NCBI GenBank assembly: GCA_051294905.1
Contig: CM119371.1
Coordinates: forward strand, 38,380,001 to 38,444,000
Length of the DNA: 64,000 bases
Direction of reading: 5' to 3'
Source: Botryllus schlosseri
Lineage: Eukaryota
In this document: piece after piece, positions 13,652 to 25,974 of the stretch
How the letters are laid out: every line of letters begins with the position of its first letter
Position numbering within the stretch: position 1 is the first letter of the stretch
Made by a program: the position numbers and the translations under genes
Notes under the pieces: generated by a model
Told to the model about the DNA's origin: nothing
Databases searched by the model: none
Seen by the model: only the letters and a program-made list of their open reading frames with translations

Positions 13652-13991
13652 CTTGTGCGAATGCAGAACCAAGGACGTTAATTTAATCTCCAAGCGAATA
13701 GAAAACTGAAAAGTGCTTCGGATACTAAACGGCTCTCAGTGGCAAGACACCGGTTCCTCTACATAACCCTTTGAGATTTAGGAACCCACAAAGTCCAACT
13801 TTTATAAAATGTGGGCATGTGACTTTACCATCCCAGAACTAGACCTAACCCCACCAAAACCACACACCCATTTCTTAAGTGTCGAATGCACGTACACAAT
13901 ATTTACTCGCAACGTTTTCAATTTAAATTCTCACTTTGCACTTACGACGTCCTTTATGTTTTACGGCATTTTCACCGACTCATGATGCATC

Positions 13992-15033
13992 TAGGGATGG
14001 TGTGAACGCGAGGTTCACGTTCGCGTTCTGTGTGTGAACCTCGGAAATTTTGAGGTTCGTGTTCACAACAGAACCTTGGTAGGTTCTGCACTGTGAACCT
14101 TTTTAATATATTGCAATTTTTACTTCATTATAACATCTTTGGTTCAAATTTATTGCATTTTAACTGCGGGCCACTCTATGCATGGCACAGGCAGTATAAA
14201 AAAAATCAACACTAAGCGAGCATGCACCTAGACAATATCAAAAATTTTACTTGCATTGTTACAAAAGTTTGCTCGAAATATCCAGCTTTTCGTTCCTGAA
14301 TATTCAGTGACTCATTGCCGTGAGATTAACCCGCAATCACATAACATCGTGAGCGTGCACTGCACGTATATAGTCAGCGAATGCTGCTTATTCAACCAAT
14401 CAATGAGATTGATATCGTTTTCTGAGGGTGCCTTTATTTATGACACTTATGGAAAAATCTAGCAGGCGTACCGGGTCAATCTTGACTTCATATGTATGCT
14501 GCATCATAAAATCCTAAACCGTGCAATTGAGGTGTTGGCTACTGTTGTATAACTTGTTGGTGGGGTAATATTGGTAGCAAGTATAGAAACCCGTTTTACA
14601 CTCTGCTCAATATCCATGTAGCAATACTCAGACGCCGAATACGTTATTCGGTCAGGCCAAGACCGTTAAGGCGTAAGCATATATTCCCTGGCCAGTCCTC
14701 GTCGAAATTGTTGGCAAAGCGACGGAAGATATTGATTTTATGGGATTATTATATCATTTGATTGCCTCAGTTGATACATTTTCCGACGTTTAAAACGTCA
14801 ATATGTACTTCAGCACTGTGCCATTATGTGGCCCGAGTCGTCGCTAGTAGGTATCGTGTACGTACATGTACAATACATTAATATAGGCAATCACTTAATT
14901 GAAATAAAGGGATGAAATTAGGAATATGACGTCACGTGACGTCATGAGGTTCACGTTCGCGTTCACACAGAACCTTTCAAAAAGGTTCGCGTTCACACGA
15001 ACCTGAACCTTTCAGAGGTTCACACCATCCCTA
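13992..15033 (-). mobile_element. Second, inverted and internally deleted copy of the 3121-4338 hAT MITE
   Basis: Same TIRs and internal sequence in reverse orientation. Confidence 0.88.
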
Positions 15034-15539
15034 AATTGCATACCTACACTACACACGATATGAGCATATGCCTACGCGGTTCCACCAATGCATTGGACAC
15101 GACCATGGTGCAGATCAAATGACTCGCGGCGTTTGAGTTACGTCATTCACTCCACTTGACCGAAGGCAAGTTACGGCAACATTTAGACATACTCGCCGAG
15201 ATCGAAATTTGATAGAGCTAGTGATCATCGTAAGCTGCCGCGGTACTGATTACGAAAATATAAATTTTATTCTACTCATTCCCTGAAGCTCCCAAAACTT
15301 AGCCTTGAATTTAAACATTGTTACGGTGCTGGACATTGTGACGCGATAATGCCGTCTGGAAAAACTATATGCCTAAGCTCAGGAGCAAATAACTAAAAGG
15401 TTGATATTTGAACTTAATGAATGATAATTATCTATTATTATCGAATACACGACGCAAAGCCTAATACTCGATTCTTAATCTTATCACTTATAGCTACTCG
15501 ATTTTACGTTTAAGGAATCATGATGCAGTAGATAGGCCT

Positions 15540-15775
15540 GGTGTTGTTTGTAGTATCCATGGTGTTTGTCGACTACTATGGCCATTTAGACAAGGCCCAT
15601 GTTCATCATTTTAATTCTATATCTGCCGACTTGTAGCACGGCCCGCTAAGAGCATAGCTAGATAAGCCTCCAACACTTACGTAGGAATTCTGGAGTCGAC
15701 CTCGGTCGGACTCGAACCCGTAACCCGTTGGTGTTGCAGCTGTGGATTATACCATTATACCACTAAGATATACCT
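15540..15775 (-). mobile_element. tRNA-derived SINE family 1
   Basis: A-box-like TAGTGGTATAATGG, B box GGTTCGAGTCC; body shared with 196-430 and 58325-58556. Confidence 0.75.
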
Positions 15776-17164
15776 CCTTAAAATTGACCATTGTCGATTG
15801 ACGTCGTAACGTCATGAATAGCGATCAAACAAATAATAGCAGTCCGATTTGAATCCGACTATGGGCCTGACATTTTACATCGTTGATAATGCGAGCGATT
15901 ATTCAACTCGAATTAAACCCGAGTGATTTCCGAAGTCCAGGTCTAGCCAAACTTAGAGGTCTGGTTAGGTCATATTAGAACGCTGTCAGCCCGAGAAGCA
16001 TCCTAAAACTGCATACTGTCATTGAGACGCCACAACAAAAATCCAACATTACGAACTGACTGTCTGCAAAAACTCGATGCTGGAGAGACTCGATCGTCCA
16101 GCACTACAGCAGCCTCCCTTGAAATAGGAGAGAAAACAGAGTTTATAGTTTGGACAAGCTTTTTTTCGCCTTGTCTTCGATAAAGAATGTAGTATTATTG
16201 CAATAGGAGACATCATTTAGGGGCGTGCGTCAAACTTCGCATTTCCTGTTTATCCAGATATTGAGATAACTGTCAGAATAGACCGGTGAAAGACGTGCGT
16301 CGAAATCAACTTTTATATAAAAATTTCGTAGGATATCGAAGAAGCTTCCGTGACTTTTGAATCTCTGACTATTCATTACAAGGATCTGTCATCATGTGAA
16401 GATTTTTATGAACACCGTTAGCGTATGTTATTTCTATCACCAGTGATTTAGTACAGTGAGTAATAAACTGGGGTCCGCGAGACAATTTTTTGGGCCGCGA
16501 AGCAACTTCTAAAAATTCACCCAATCGAGAAATTTTAGGAATTTTAGTTTTCTTGAATATAAAAATCTACAGGCAACGTATTGTCGTAACCAAACTCGAA
16601 GGGGGCCTAAAATTATTTCATGATGTGACCTGAAGTGGAAAATTCGGCGCATAGTTATTTAATTTGAAATTCTAGATAAGCTTTACGTGATTTAGTTTCA
16701 CTAAATATCTCGATTTTATTGTTTGTATACGCACTCACACACCATTTACCCGTGACATTGACGCCATAAAATTTAACGTGTTGTTTGGTGTTTCTTGAAA
16801 GGGACGGTAAATCATTAAAAATATGGCCAAGGGACCGGTTCGTGAATTTACTTGGGAACCTGTGATTGGAAGTTTATTACACTTCTATCGGGTTGCTATG
16901 AGATTCCTCTGTACGCTGGAGGCATAGTTGTCAGTAGACTGGACGACGTAGAATGATTAAACAATACGCTCGGTCTAAATCATATGTACGTAGTGGACGT
17001 GATTCCCTGTTATGTGGCGGGTTTCACTGTACAGTAGGGTTGTCCAAAATTTAAAAAATATTAAAATTGCTCCGTGTTAGTGTCCCATTGGATATGATAT
17101 GTGAAATTTGTTATTGATCCCGCAGAAAAGAGGTGTAAAGAAAAGCACGGACTATGCTCTATAG

Positions 17165-18668
17165 CAGTGGTTCCCAAAGTGGGCGCCAGCGCCCCCCTGG
17201 GGGCGTTCGCGAGCGTGAAGGGGGCGCTGACCATGAAATGGGCGATTGGGGGGCGCTGGCTAGAAAATTGGGCGGTACGGGGGCGCTGAGAGCAAATGCG
17301 GGTGGTGTAGGTTTAGAGGGAAACTGTCGCGTATAGTGTTGAAACGATTGATTAATAAAGCAGTTAGATCCGCAGTAAAAATGCATAATAGATTCGGTAG
17401 GGGCAATTTCGGTCGCCCGTCTATTTATTCAGCTGTACCGGAAAAGTCCATTGTTACTTGATAATGGTATTCCTGCTCGTCAATGGACTAATTTAGCAGC
17501 TGGCAGCATTCCCCAAAAGCGTAGTTCATTGTGTGCTGCTGAGATAACTACGAAGTAAATTTGAGCAGGTATTGCTCACTGCAACATGTGATGGCTTTTT
17601 AAGAGAAGTTGTCTTGCGTGATTTTATGATATGTTTCAAACGATCGTGGATTTTCCACAGCGCCGTCACCGTGGCCTTCGAAACTGCGTTCTGGTTGCGA
17701 GAAACGACATCACTCCTACTGGACGGTCGTATTTCTCAAAATTTAAGGGTAGAATATATCCGTTCTTAGTAATGATGAAACCTGATAAAGGTGATCGCTG
17801 ATCATGGCACTGTCCGTATTCGGTGACAAGTCAGTGATATTTCACCGGAATTTTAAGACACGTGAACTGTTCCAATTCTCAAGCTTGCTTTCAGCTACCG
17901 GTCTAGCTCGAATAATCATGGAGAAACATGAATCAATCATCTCACAAAATTGCACGAGGATGGGGGTTGGTGATTGGTTCCAGGATATATTCCAATTAGA
18001 AATTCCTCACCAGATAATCAATCCATTCTGAGAAATTTCCAGGCATGAAATGTTTGAGCAGCTGATTAAATTGTAGTTAGGGTTACCATACGTCCTCTTT
18101 TAAGAGGATTTGTCCTCTTTTTGACTTTTTTTGAAAGTGTCCTCGGAGGACGCTTAAATGTCTACTTTTTTGAATATTTTGGTTAAATGTACGTGGAAAT
18201 TGGACTGAGATATAGGAAATCAGCGCTCGAGTAACGGTCTGGCGGGTTTTTCGTGACCTGAGCTGTATAATGACCTTTTTTTAGTCAACCAACCACAAAA
18301 TGGGGAAAAATTTATTATTTTTTCTAGATTTTACTCCAGTATTGTAAGTCTGAAAATTTTGAAAAAGAGTCCTCTTTTCAGATTCCCAAAATATAGTAAC
18401 CCTAATTGTAGTGTAGAACAATTTTGACTACAACGAAAAGTTCAATGTCTCCAATCAATCGTTCTGATATTCTTCCTATCAAAACTTAAACCCAATATGA
18501 CGAGAATTATGATAATGATACACCAGCTTCATCCGTCTCATTATAAGCTGTATGAAATGCAGAACAATTTCGTTTCATGATTAGGCGTGGTGGGGGGTGT
18601 CGGGGGGGCGGTGGCACTTTATTCGTTGTCCAGGGGGGCGGTAGCTCAAAAAAGTTTGGGAGACACTG
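17165..18668. mobile_element. Non-autonomous hAT element
   Basis: CAGTGGTTCCCAAA...TTTGGGAGACACTG; perfect TSD CTCTATAG. Confidence 0.88.
18078..18404. mobile_element. hAT MITE nested in 17165-18668
   Basis: TIR TAGGGTTAC; perfect TSD ATTGTAGT. Confidence 0.88.
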
Positions 18669-20304
18669 CTCTATAGTATCCAGCATAGTTCGGATATCAT
18701 CTCCGGCATAGTCTATGCTTACCTTACATTTCTTTTCTGCAGCATCATTCAGGACTTTGACAACACTTACAAGTGAATTCAATTTGCTGTAAGTATAACT
18801 GCTAAGCATAATCGGCTGATTCAGTCGATCCCTAGAGCTTTCAAAACTTGAACTATATACTACAGCTTGGGTTCAATAAGATCACACAAAGTATAGTGTC
18901 ATAGTCAAGCTTTATATTTGCATTAACTGATGATGGATCCCTTCTGAAACGGGGAATTCGTTCACCACATGCATAAGTGCCTTTGCTCCATCTCGATGAA
19001 GACATGGCCACAGCCGTTTCATTCACAATAAAGCAGTCATGATGTGGAAGTTCTTGTGAAGCGCCTGTTGTTTGTTCATCATATATTTCATACCTCAACG
19101 TGTCCTGAATTATTCTTTAATCATCATCATCCACCAACCTACGAACAATGCGCTTTCAGAATCCACGTCGGTAGCAGACTCCTTGAACACCTAATCAGCA
19201 AGCTGCTGCTGTCGTGATCATTTAAGCATAGTCAGTTAGCCAATCAAGAGCCTAAATTAGGTGATTACTAGTCTTCTCGTCGTTCTATGGTCGGTGGCAC
19301 GCCCATCCTTGGCAGCTACTTTCAAACGCTCTGGTCGAAGCATTAACGGTTCTCCTGTGAGCTTCTTTCAGGCTCATTTATTTTAATCAATAATCTATAG
19401 AATTAAACACTATCAGGGAGCATTTTTAATCTTTTCCAAATTTTGGACAAGCCGGCGGTACAGTGTAACCGTACACTCTCTGATTCGAGTTTGATCCGCC
19501 ATTAAGTGTATTTCTGGGATCTCAAAGAGACAACTTTAGGTTCTATAGCTCTTTATGAAATCAATAGTCATCTCTAGAACCTTCTGGCGTGCAATTTTAC
19601 AATTTAACATATTCAGCCGCAGGCGCAGCTGAAATGCACGGTCACCAATTGCCTGGAAAAATGAACTAGGAGAGCCCTTCTTCTGACAAGCTAATGCTTA
19701 GATAATCTTACCACAACTTCAATTCTTCGCATGTGCTCCGGTAAATAAATAGTGCTTAACTATACTTTCAATACAGACATAGTCAGTTTGAACACCGGCA
19801 TTGGTCTTAATGAATCAGTGGCGCATGTGGATTGGAACCTACATATAAGTGACGCAGGCTATATCCGATGGGCACTGCTCCGTGCCGTAGAGCAGAGTTG
19901 TGTTGGTTACCTTGAATGTGTCTTGAATGGTGTTGGATGTCTAGGTTGTTCCAAATGTTGAGGAATATAATTGTATATATGGCTATGCTCATATGTGCGC
20001 TTGTGCATCCGTTGCAATGAATCATTGAATAGACCGAGTTTGAAAATTATGACATCCTCGAAGGAGGGTTGAGGCTATTCCATGTCGTACGACTTTAGGG
20101 TTGAAATTTCCTTGACTACGTTTGTCAGCGTGACAAGACAATCATGAACTCTAATCTCTGCCTGTTTCGACAATCATGCCGTCACGTGTCTCGCTGGGTG
20201 GCGGCATCGTACTATTTTCTAAATGGCTAAATGGCTAAATGGGCATTTCGACGAATCAGAACCATTGATTTTCCTCACTATGTTTCTCATCTAAACTGCC
20301 ACAT

Positions 20305-20636
20305 ATTGGAAAGGACGTAGTTTAGTTTTGTTCCTGATGTTTTTTGCGGCATATACACCGACTCATGATATATACACACGATCTGTGCATATGCATACCA
20401 TGAAAGCATGATGGGCATATGCTGCTGGACAAGGAAGGTACAGATATAGCCTATTACTGCTTTCCAAGTCTTGCACCCTCCCGCCATGCTATCCCAGTAG
20501 GGCATAAGCACCAAGCAGGGAAGTCATAGATACCAGTGTTACTACTCAGGTCTTCGGTCTCACCCGGCCGGGGATCCAACCCACGACCTACCCATCAAAA
20601 AGCCAGACGCTTCACCATTACGCTGTCTTGTCGGTC
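20305..20636 (-). mobile_element. tRNA-derived SINE family 2 (Meta-domain-like core)
   Basis: A box AGCGTAATGG, B-box-like GGTTGGATCCC, core GACCGAAGAC...TGGTATC...CTTCCCTGCTTGGTGCT; second copy at 57545-57890. Confidence 0.75.
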
Positions 20637-20935
20637 ATATTCTAGTGCAGAGGTCTCAAACACGCGACCCGCGAGTCCATTTTGTTCGGCCCGCACCGAC
20701 ATTTTGGATTTATAAGTAATCGATATTATTTAGCCGCACATATTTCTTGGAGATTTGAGAGCTTTGAAATTCACTCCATAACTGCCTAAAAACCCTAAAC
20801 TACTTGTCACACTTCAATATTGAACCACTTGGAAAGGCTACCGTGCAGTGGCTGACCAGTTATTATGTGACATTACGTGTTCATGATGATAAAACATGAC
20901 CTGTTGATGATTGGGTGCCTTTATTTTGTACATGC

Positions 20936-21204
20936 AAGCTAATGAAAGGCTAATGCAGCTAATTAAGCTATTGAAAAGCTATTTAAGCTAATGAAAAGCT
21001 AATTGAGCTAATGAAAAAGTAAGCTAATGAAAAGTAAGCTAATGAAAAGCTAACGAAGCTAATGAAAAGCTAATTAAGCTAATGAAAAAGTAAGCTAATG
21101 AAAAGTAAGCTAATGAAGCTAGTGAAATGCTAATTAAGCTAATGAAAAAGTAAGGTAATGAAAAGTAAGCTAATGAAATCCAATGAAGCTAATGAAAAGC
21201 TAAT
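20936..21204. repeat. Minisatellite of AAGCTAAT(GAA/T) units
   Basis: Directly visible tandem array of roughly 9-17 bp units. Confidence 0.9.
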
Positions 21205-21206
21205 AA

Positions 21207-22086
21207 CTATGCTGTAGCACGGGGCCCTTTCGACCCGCCTGGCGGGAGCAGACCTTTTAACGTGGCCCTTGCATTTCAAAGGGGAGTTTGGACTTTGAAA
21301 TTTTTCGAGCTCGCCTATACTTTAACGTGGGCGACATAACTACCGCAACTTTGCCGCGCGTCGCCTACCCCAAAACACGCGGCCTTATGGCAAACCGCCT
21401 ATACTTGCTCGGATCGGTCCCAGATTTCATGTAAGCCTAGTCTCGATTCAGGATTTTCGATTTTCTGCTATCGGCCGAAGCAGCGCACGCTGTAAAACGC
21501 GACGGTACCTCTTTTGTCTCGATCTGACCACGGGGAGGGAAGAGGGAAATTATGGCCCGAAAACCAAAGTTCGGAATGTAACTTTTTTTCGATTTCGTCC
21601 CCATGTTAAAAGATAGGGAAGTTAGACTTGGCCGTTTTTTCGAAATAAATAATTTTTTTAATTTTTTTTCGATTCCTTCTTTTCGGGTATCGTTCGACGC
21701 CGCTCACGGCGTAGAACGCGACGACACCCTCGGCGTGGCTCTAGGAGGTTGCAGATAGATTTTATATTTTTATCCTCGTTCTGTTATCAGGAGCTCGAAT
21801 TGACTATCCGCTTAGCTCTACGACGCACAGGAGCCGAGCATGTACAAAATAAAGGCACCCTTGATGATTTGTGACTAAAAATTGTGATTTCGACGTATCC
21901 GCGATCTTTCGTGGAAATACTTGTACTCGGACTAACTACGGGGTGTAATAACATGAAAATGCCTTGAGTTGAGATGGTTCAAACGTCAAAGTTAGAGAAG
22001 GACTTGGGACTCGGAACGCCGTGGGTCGGTAAAGCCATGGACGCAACGAACTATCAACCTGTCATCATGAATACTAATATATAAGA
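21207..22086 (-). mobile_element. Possible non-autonomous Helitron
   Basis: Minus strand starts TCTTATATATT and ends with GC hairpin CCCGCCAGGCGGG...ACAGCATAG (variant of CTAG); no TIR or TSD seen. Confidence 0.4.
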
Positions 22087-22735
22087 AAGCCGTAGCTGGC
22101 GTTGCGTAGCGCATAGCGGATTTCGTTGTCTAAGCAAGTCGGGATGGCAACCATTGGCATTATATTGCCACCTTGATATATAGTTCGTTACATCTTGACT
22201 ACATCTTGGATCTCTATCCATGTTATTATCGACAATTACATGAGGCGATTAACAAAGTCGTACGTTCAACAGCTGTAACACCAATGGATTGTTAGGCGAT
22301 TTGACAATTCGTTACTACATGACACAATAATTTTATGTTATTATTTATCTGCTATCCGCTAGCTTCAAAATTGTAACGCGACAGCTTTCGCGATGTCATG
22401 ATGCATTTGTCACCTTGCATTGTGTTTGTGTCTGAATATTTTGTCAGGTTATGCCAAGTATACAACAACAATTTTATTCAAATATTGAAAAATGTGATTT
22501 TCTCGTGTCAGGCGTGAATATTACGATAGTGCATCACATTTTCACGATGTGTGTGGAATGTCAGCAGTCTGCAAGGTCACGTCAGATTAGGCATACTTGA
22601 AAATACATTGAATACCCCTATTATTGATGCTGCGTCCCGCGGCGTCATCAAAAACTAGGAAATGGGCCGGCGAGCATATTTGATTTTGGGACCTCTGTTC
22701 CAGTTTCTGGTCCGAGAACGTGTGCCAGATTCCAG

Positions 22736-23726
22736 CAGTGTTGGGATGACTCGAGTCATGACTTGACTCGAGTCAGACTCGAGTCAACTTTTTCGTATGA
22801 CTTGACTTGACTCGAGTCACTTCGGAAAAATGACTTGACTTGACTTGACTCGGAGGTTCAAAAATGTGCATTGACTCGTGACTCGGAGCAAAATTTACGA
22901 GTCAATTTCAAGTCATCAAGTAAACGGTGTCGAATAAATCACTGTATTTTGTGTATGTTCGGATTGTTCGAGATACGCCGGTGCTGTTTGTGAGAGCAAC
23001 CAGTCATTCACTGAATATACGTTCCTCCATTATTATATCACAAATAAATTGACCTCAAACTAATTGATCACAGCTTACGTTGTCGAAGTAGTAGTAAAAG
23101 ATTAATCTAAATAGCAATATGTCTCTGTTTCTTAGACGGCTCAATGCTTACGTTGCGCAGTGCTCACATTTACCAAGCCTCGTGTATGATTTAAATCAAA
23201 CAAATATAGGTTGCGCGTTTATATTCTTACGGATGTGTAGATGGTTAGTGTAGGCTATTGTACCATATCAATTTGTTTCAACTACTGGAAGCTTCGTATT
23301 AGGTCCTCTATTTTGGCTGATAATAACTGACTTTAGCATGTAGCTATACGGTTACTCACGTATTTTAATAGCGGTTCTACGTGTGCGTGAGGCATACAAC
23401 GTCTTTTTGCATGTATATTTGACTTGATATACGTTATTTGATACAAGATAAATGACCAATTAATCTGTCTTTCTCACAGCTAGCAAAATTTAATGACTTT
23501 GAATCATCACTCATACTTCGAAAATTCAATTTGACTTGAGTTGTGACTTGACTCGTGACTTGACTTGACTTGGCTCGACTTGACTCGAGTCACCTCCAAA
23601 AACCGAGTGACTTGACTTGACTCGAGTCACCTTTGAAAATCGACTGACTTGACTTGACTCGAGTCAAAATCTGCAATGACTCGAGATGACTCGTGACTCG
23701 AAGGTAGTGACTTGATCCCAACACTG
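22736..23726. mobile_element. hAT MITE with subterminal GACTT/GACTCGAGTCA arrays
   Basis: TIR CAGTGTTGGGAT; perfect TSD GATTCCAG. Confidence 0.9.
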
Positions 23727-23880
23727 GATTCCAGCATGTGGATTGCATATAAGGTCAAGGTGCAGGTTGAAATTAGTGTCGCATTATGACGTCACATGTT
23801 CAAACTGGGCACCAACGGGGTTTTGAACAAATGCATTTTCGATATTGCAGCAAACAATACACTCATATTGTTAAATTTAT

Positions 23881-23920
23881 TCCACTGGAAGCTTTTCGAC
23901 TGGCTCTCTTCAGCAGTGAA
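23881..23920 (-). ncRNA. Minimal type-I hammerhead ribozyme, second PLE arm
   Basis: Reverse complement reads ttcactg-CTGAAGA-gagccagtc-GAAA-agct-TC-cagtgga; 7-bp stem I with one G-U pair; AATAAA follows immediately. Confidence 0.85.
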
Positions 23921-24081
23921 CGCCAGTAAATGAGGTTAATCAAGTTCGAAATATAGGAAGAATTTTGTCGTTGTGACGTAATAATGACAAGTACACAAGT
24001 CGCGAACGGCAGTAAACAGCACACGGTTACGGTACAGCACACACAAAATCAGCTGTAAAACAGCCGAATGACAAAACAACA

Positions 24082-25974
24082 CTAATGGAAGATTCCCAGC
24101 GTGTAGAGATGTTCCTTCTGGCGGCAGAGGATCGGCTTTTGCAGCTTTATAATGGTTGATTCAAGGATCTTTAAATGAAAAAGAGAACGACCACGAGCAA
24201 CTATGGAAAACTGATTGATATTGTAATGTTTTGCACACTCTGGGTGTTTCAATAGGTGCTGTCCGATGGCAGAATTACATGCTGTTACTTGGTCATAATC
24301 ACGCATGGTAACTAGGGACTGTGATGATGAAGCAGACATGTCATCACCCTGCGAATTCCTAATTTGGCGTGGGACATGTTGACGAATTCTTTGTTGCAAG
24401 CGTTGAGATGTGCGAACCACATACCGACTGTCACATCGGCACGTATGTTGGTAAATTATGTTACTCTGATCAATCGCAGGAGGCACATCCTTACGTGTTG
24501 CTGGTAGCAAAGACTTCGTAGTAAATATGACACGGGGTTCCACTTGTGGGAAACAATGACTCACGGAGGACTTAATCGATTTTTCAAACCTGTTGCAAGC
24601 TGTGCCTATCCACGGGAGATGCAAATAAACTGGGCACCTTCTCGGTCCAAACGGCTTATCTTTGTGGAAATCTTGTATTTTACGGTCAATACTTACTTTC
24701 ACAATACGCTCAGGATATCCATTGGCAAGGAAAATGGATTTGATAGTATTTATTTCACAATCCAGTTTGTCATTACTGCAAATCATCAGGGCCCTGTGTA
24801 CCAGGGTTCTTATCAAATTGATTTTACGTTTCACAGGGCAAAACGAATCCCATGAAAGATACTGACCACTGAATGTAGTCTTACGGTAGACAGATGCAAC
24901 AAAATTATTGTTCATCTTCTCAACAAAGACATCCAAAAAAGGTATCGAATTGTTATTCTCTTTTTCAACAGTAAACTTCAGAGAAGGGTGAAGGTTATTT
25001 AATTTGGCCAGAAACAAATCACATTGAGCTTCATTATTAAACATGACAAAAGTGTCATCAACATAGCAATAGTACATCAATGGCCGATCGGCACTATCCA
25101 ACAATATCTTTTCATGAAACCCCACAAAGATGTTAGCCAAAATGGAGCTGAGTGGAGAACCCATGGCCAAACCATCTGTCTGTTTGTATATGGTGTTATT
25201 AAAACTAAATTCAACACCGCAAGTCGCCATTCGCATAAGTTTTACGAACATGGATTTGGAAAATGGCGGAGATGGAAGCTCACCACCATAAAATGCATTG
25301 GCGCAGATCTCTATGGTTTCCTCAATAGGGACATTGGTAAAGAGGCTCGATATATCAAAGAAGCTGAGGTACACCTTGGAGGCATCATGATCTATATTAT
25401 TGATAATATTAGCAAACATGAACGAGTCCCGAATGCAGTTGTCATCATAGAGCGCACTCACCGGCTTAAGGAATTCCACCATCCACTTCGTGAGTTTGTG
25501 GTACGCCGATCCAACCATCGATAATATTGGGCGAAGGGGCACGTCTGGCTTGTGGATTTTCGGGAGACCATACATTCGTGGACGGAATGAACCAGTCGGT
25601 CTGACTTCATCATACGTCGCCGATGAAATCTTTCCAGCCCTTTTCAAGGTTTGGAGCGCGCGTTGAATACGCGATTCGATTTTCGCCGTGCTATCATGAT
25701 CGCAAGCTGGACCGATAGTTTGGAATTTCGTTCGATCGCTGAGAATAGTATTCATCTTGGAAATGTAGTCCGACTTGTTCAAAATAACAACCCCGGATCC
25801 TTTATCAGGTTTCGTAATGTGGATGGACGTATTAGTCTTTATTGACCTGATACAACGATAGCAGTCCTTGTTCATCAAAAAATCGCTCTTGTCCATCGGT
25901 GTGCCACAGAATCCATGCGCCAAACTACTTAATTTCACTTTAAGAGCAGCAAGTTTAGCCGAGTACTCCTTAGC
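24082..25974 (-). CDS. Penelope-type reverse transcriptase + GIY-YIG endonuclease (5'-truncated, probably inactive)
   Basis: Motifs DKGSGVVIL, YGLPKIHKPDVPLRPI, DISSLFTNVP, GLAMGSPLS, YVDDTF, PFLD, and IIYQHTC.CDSRYVVRTSQRLQQRIRQH...LE. The frame stays open up to the inversion junction with no ATG start. The endonuclease motif reads YVV here but YVG in the inverted copy. Confidence 0.92.
   Translation of the reverse strand, partial: AKEYSAKLAALKVKLSSLAHGFCGTPMDKSDFLMNKDCYRCIRSIKTNTSIHITKPDKGSGVVILNKSDYISKMNTILSDRTKFQTIGPACDHDSTAKIESRIQRALQTLKRAGKISSATYDEVRPTGSFRPRMYGLPKIHKPDVPLRPILSMVGSAYHKLTKWMVEFLKPVSALYDDNCIRDSFMFANIINNIDHDASKVYLSFFDISSLFTNVPIEETIEICANAFYGGELPSPPFSKSMFVKLMRMATCGVEFSFNNTIYKQTDGLAMGSPLSSILANIFVGFHEKILLDSADRPLMYYCYVDDTFVMFNNEAQCDLFLAKLNNLHPSLKFTVEKENNNSIPFLDVFVEKMNNNFVASVYRKTTFSGQYLSWDSFCPVKRKINLIRTLVHRALMICSNDKLDCEINTIKSIFLANGYPERIVKVSIDRKIQDFHKDKPFGPRRCPVYLHLPWIGTACNRFEKSIKSSVSHCFPQVEPRVIFTTKSLLPATRKDVPPAIDQSNIIYQHTCRCDSRYVVRTSQRLQQRIRQHVPRQIRNSQGDDMSASSSQSLVTMRDYDQVTACNSAIGQHLLKHPECAKHYNINQFSIVARGRSLFHLKILESTIIKLQKPILCRQKEHLYTLGIFH

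Larger units (their letters stand above)
20648..22697 (-). mobile_element. hAT element of the same family as 5722-8260, inverted, with internal insertions
   Basis: CAGAGGTC termini; ends match 5722-8260 in reverse; degenerate TSD TTCTAGTG/TTCCAGTT. Confidence 0.72.

Noticed and set aside
15700..15775. tRNA gene candidates (also at about 200, 20600 and 57850)
   Set aside because: A/B boxes run into repeated SINE bodies and no full cloverleaf was found.
18853..19098. KGTYACG resembling RGTFACG in the 27.3-kb exon
   Set aside because: No further similarity or consistent splice structure; probably chance.
22736..23726. Regular short palindromic repeats suggesting a CRISPR array
   Set aside because: No unique spacers; these are subterminal repeats of a MITE with TIRs and an 8-bp TSD in eukaryotic DNA.
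24544..25845. Plus-strand ORFs of 64-166 aa
   Set aside because: Antisense shadows of the Penelope RT ORF.
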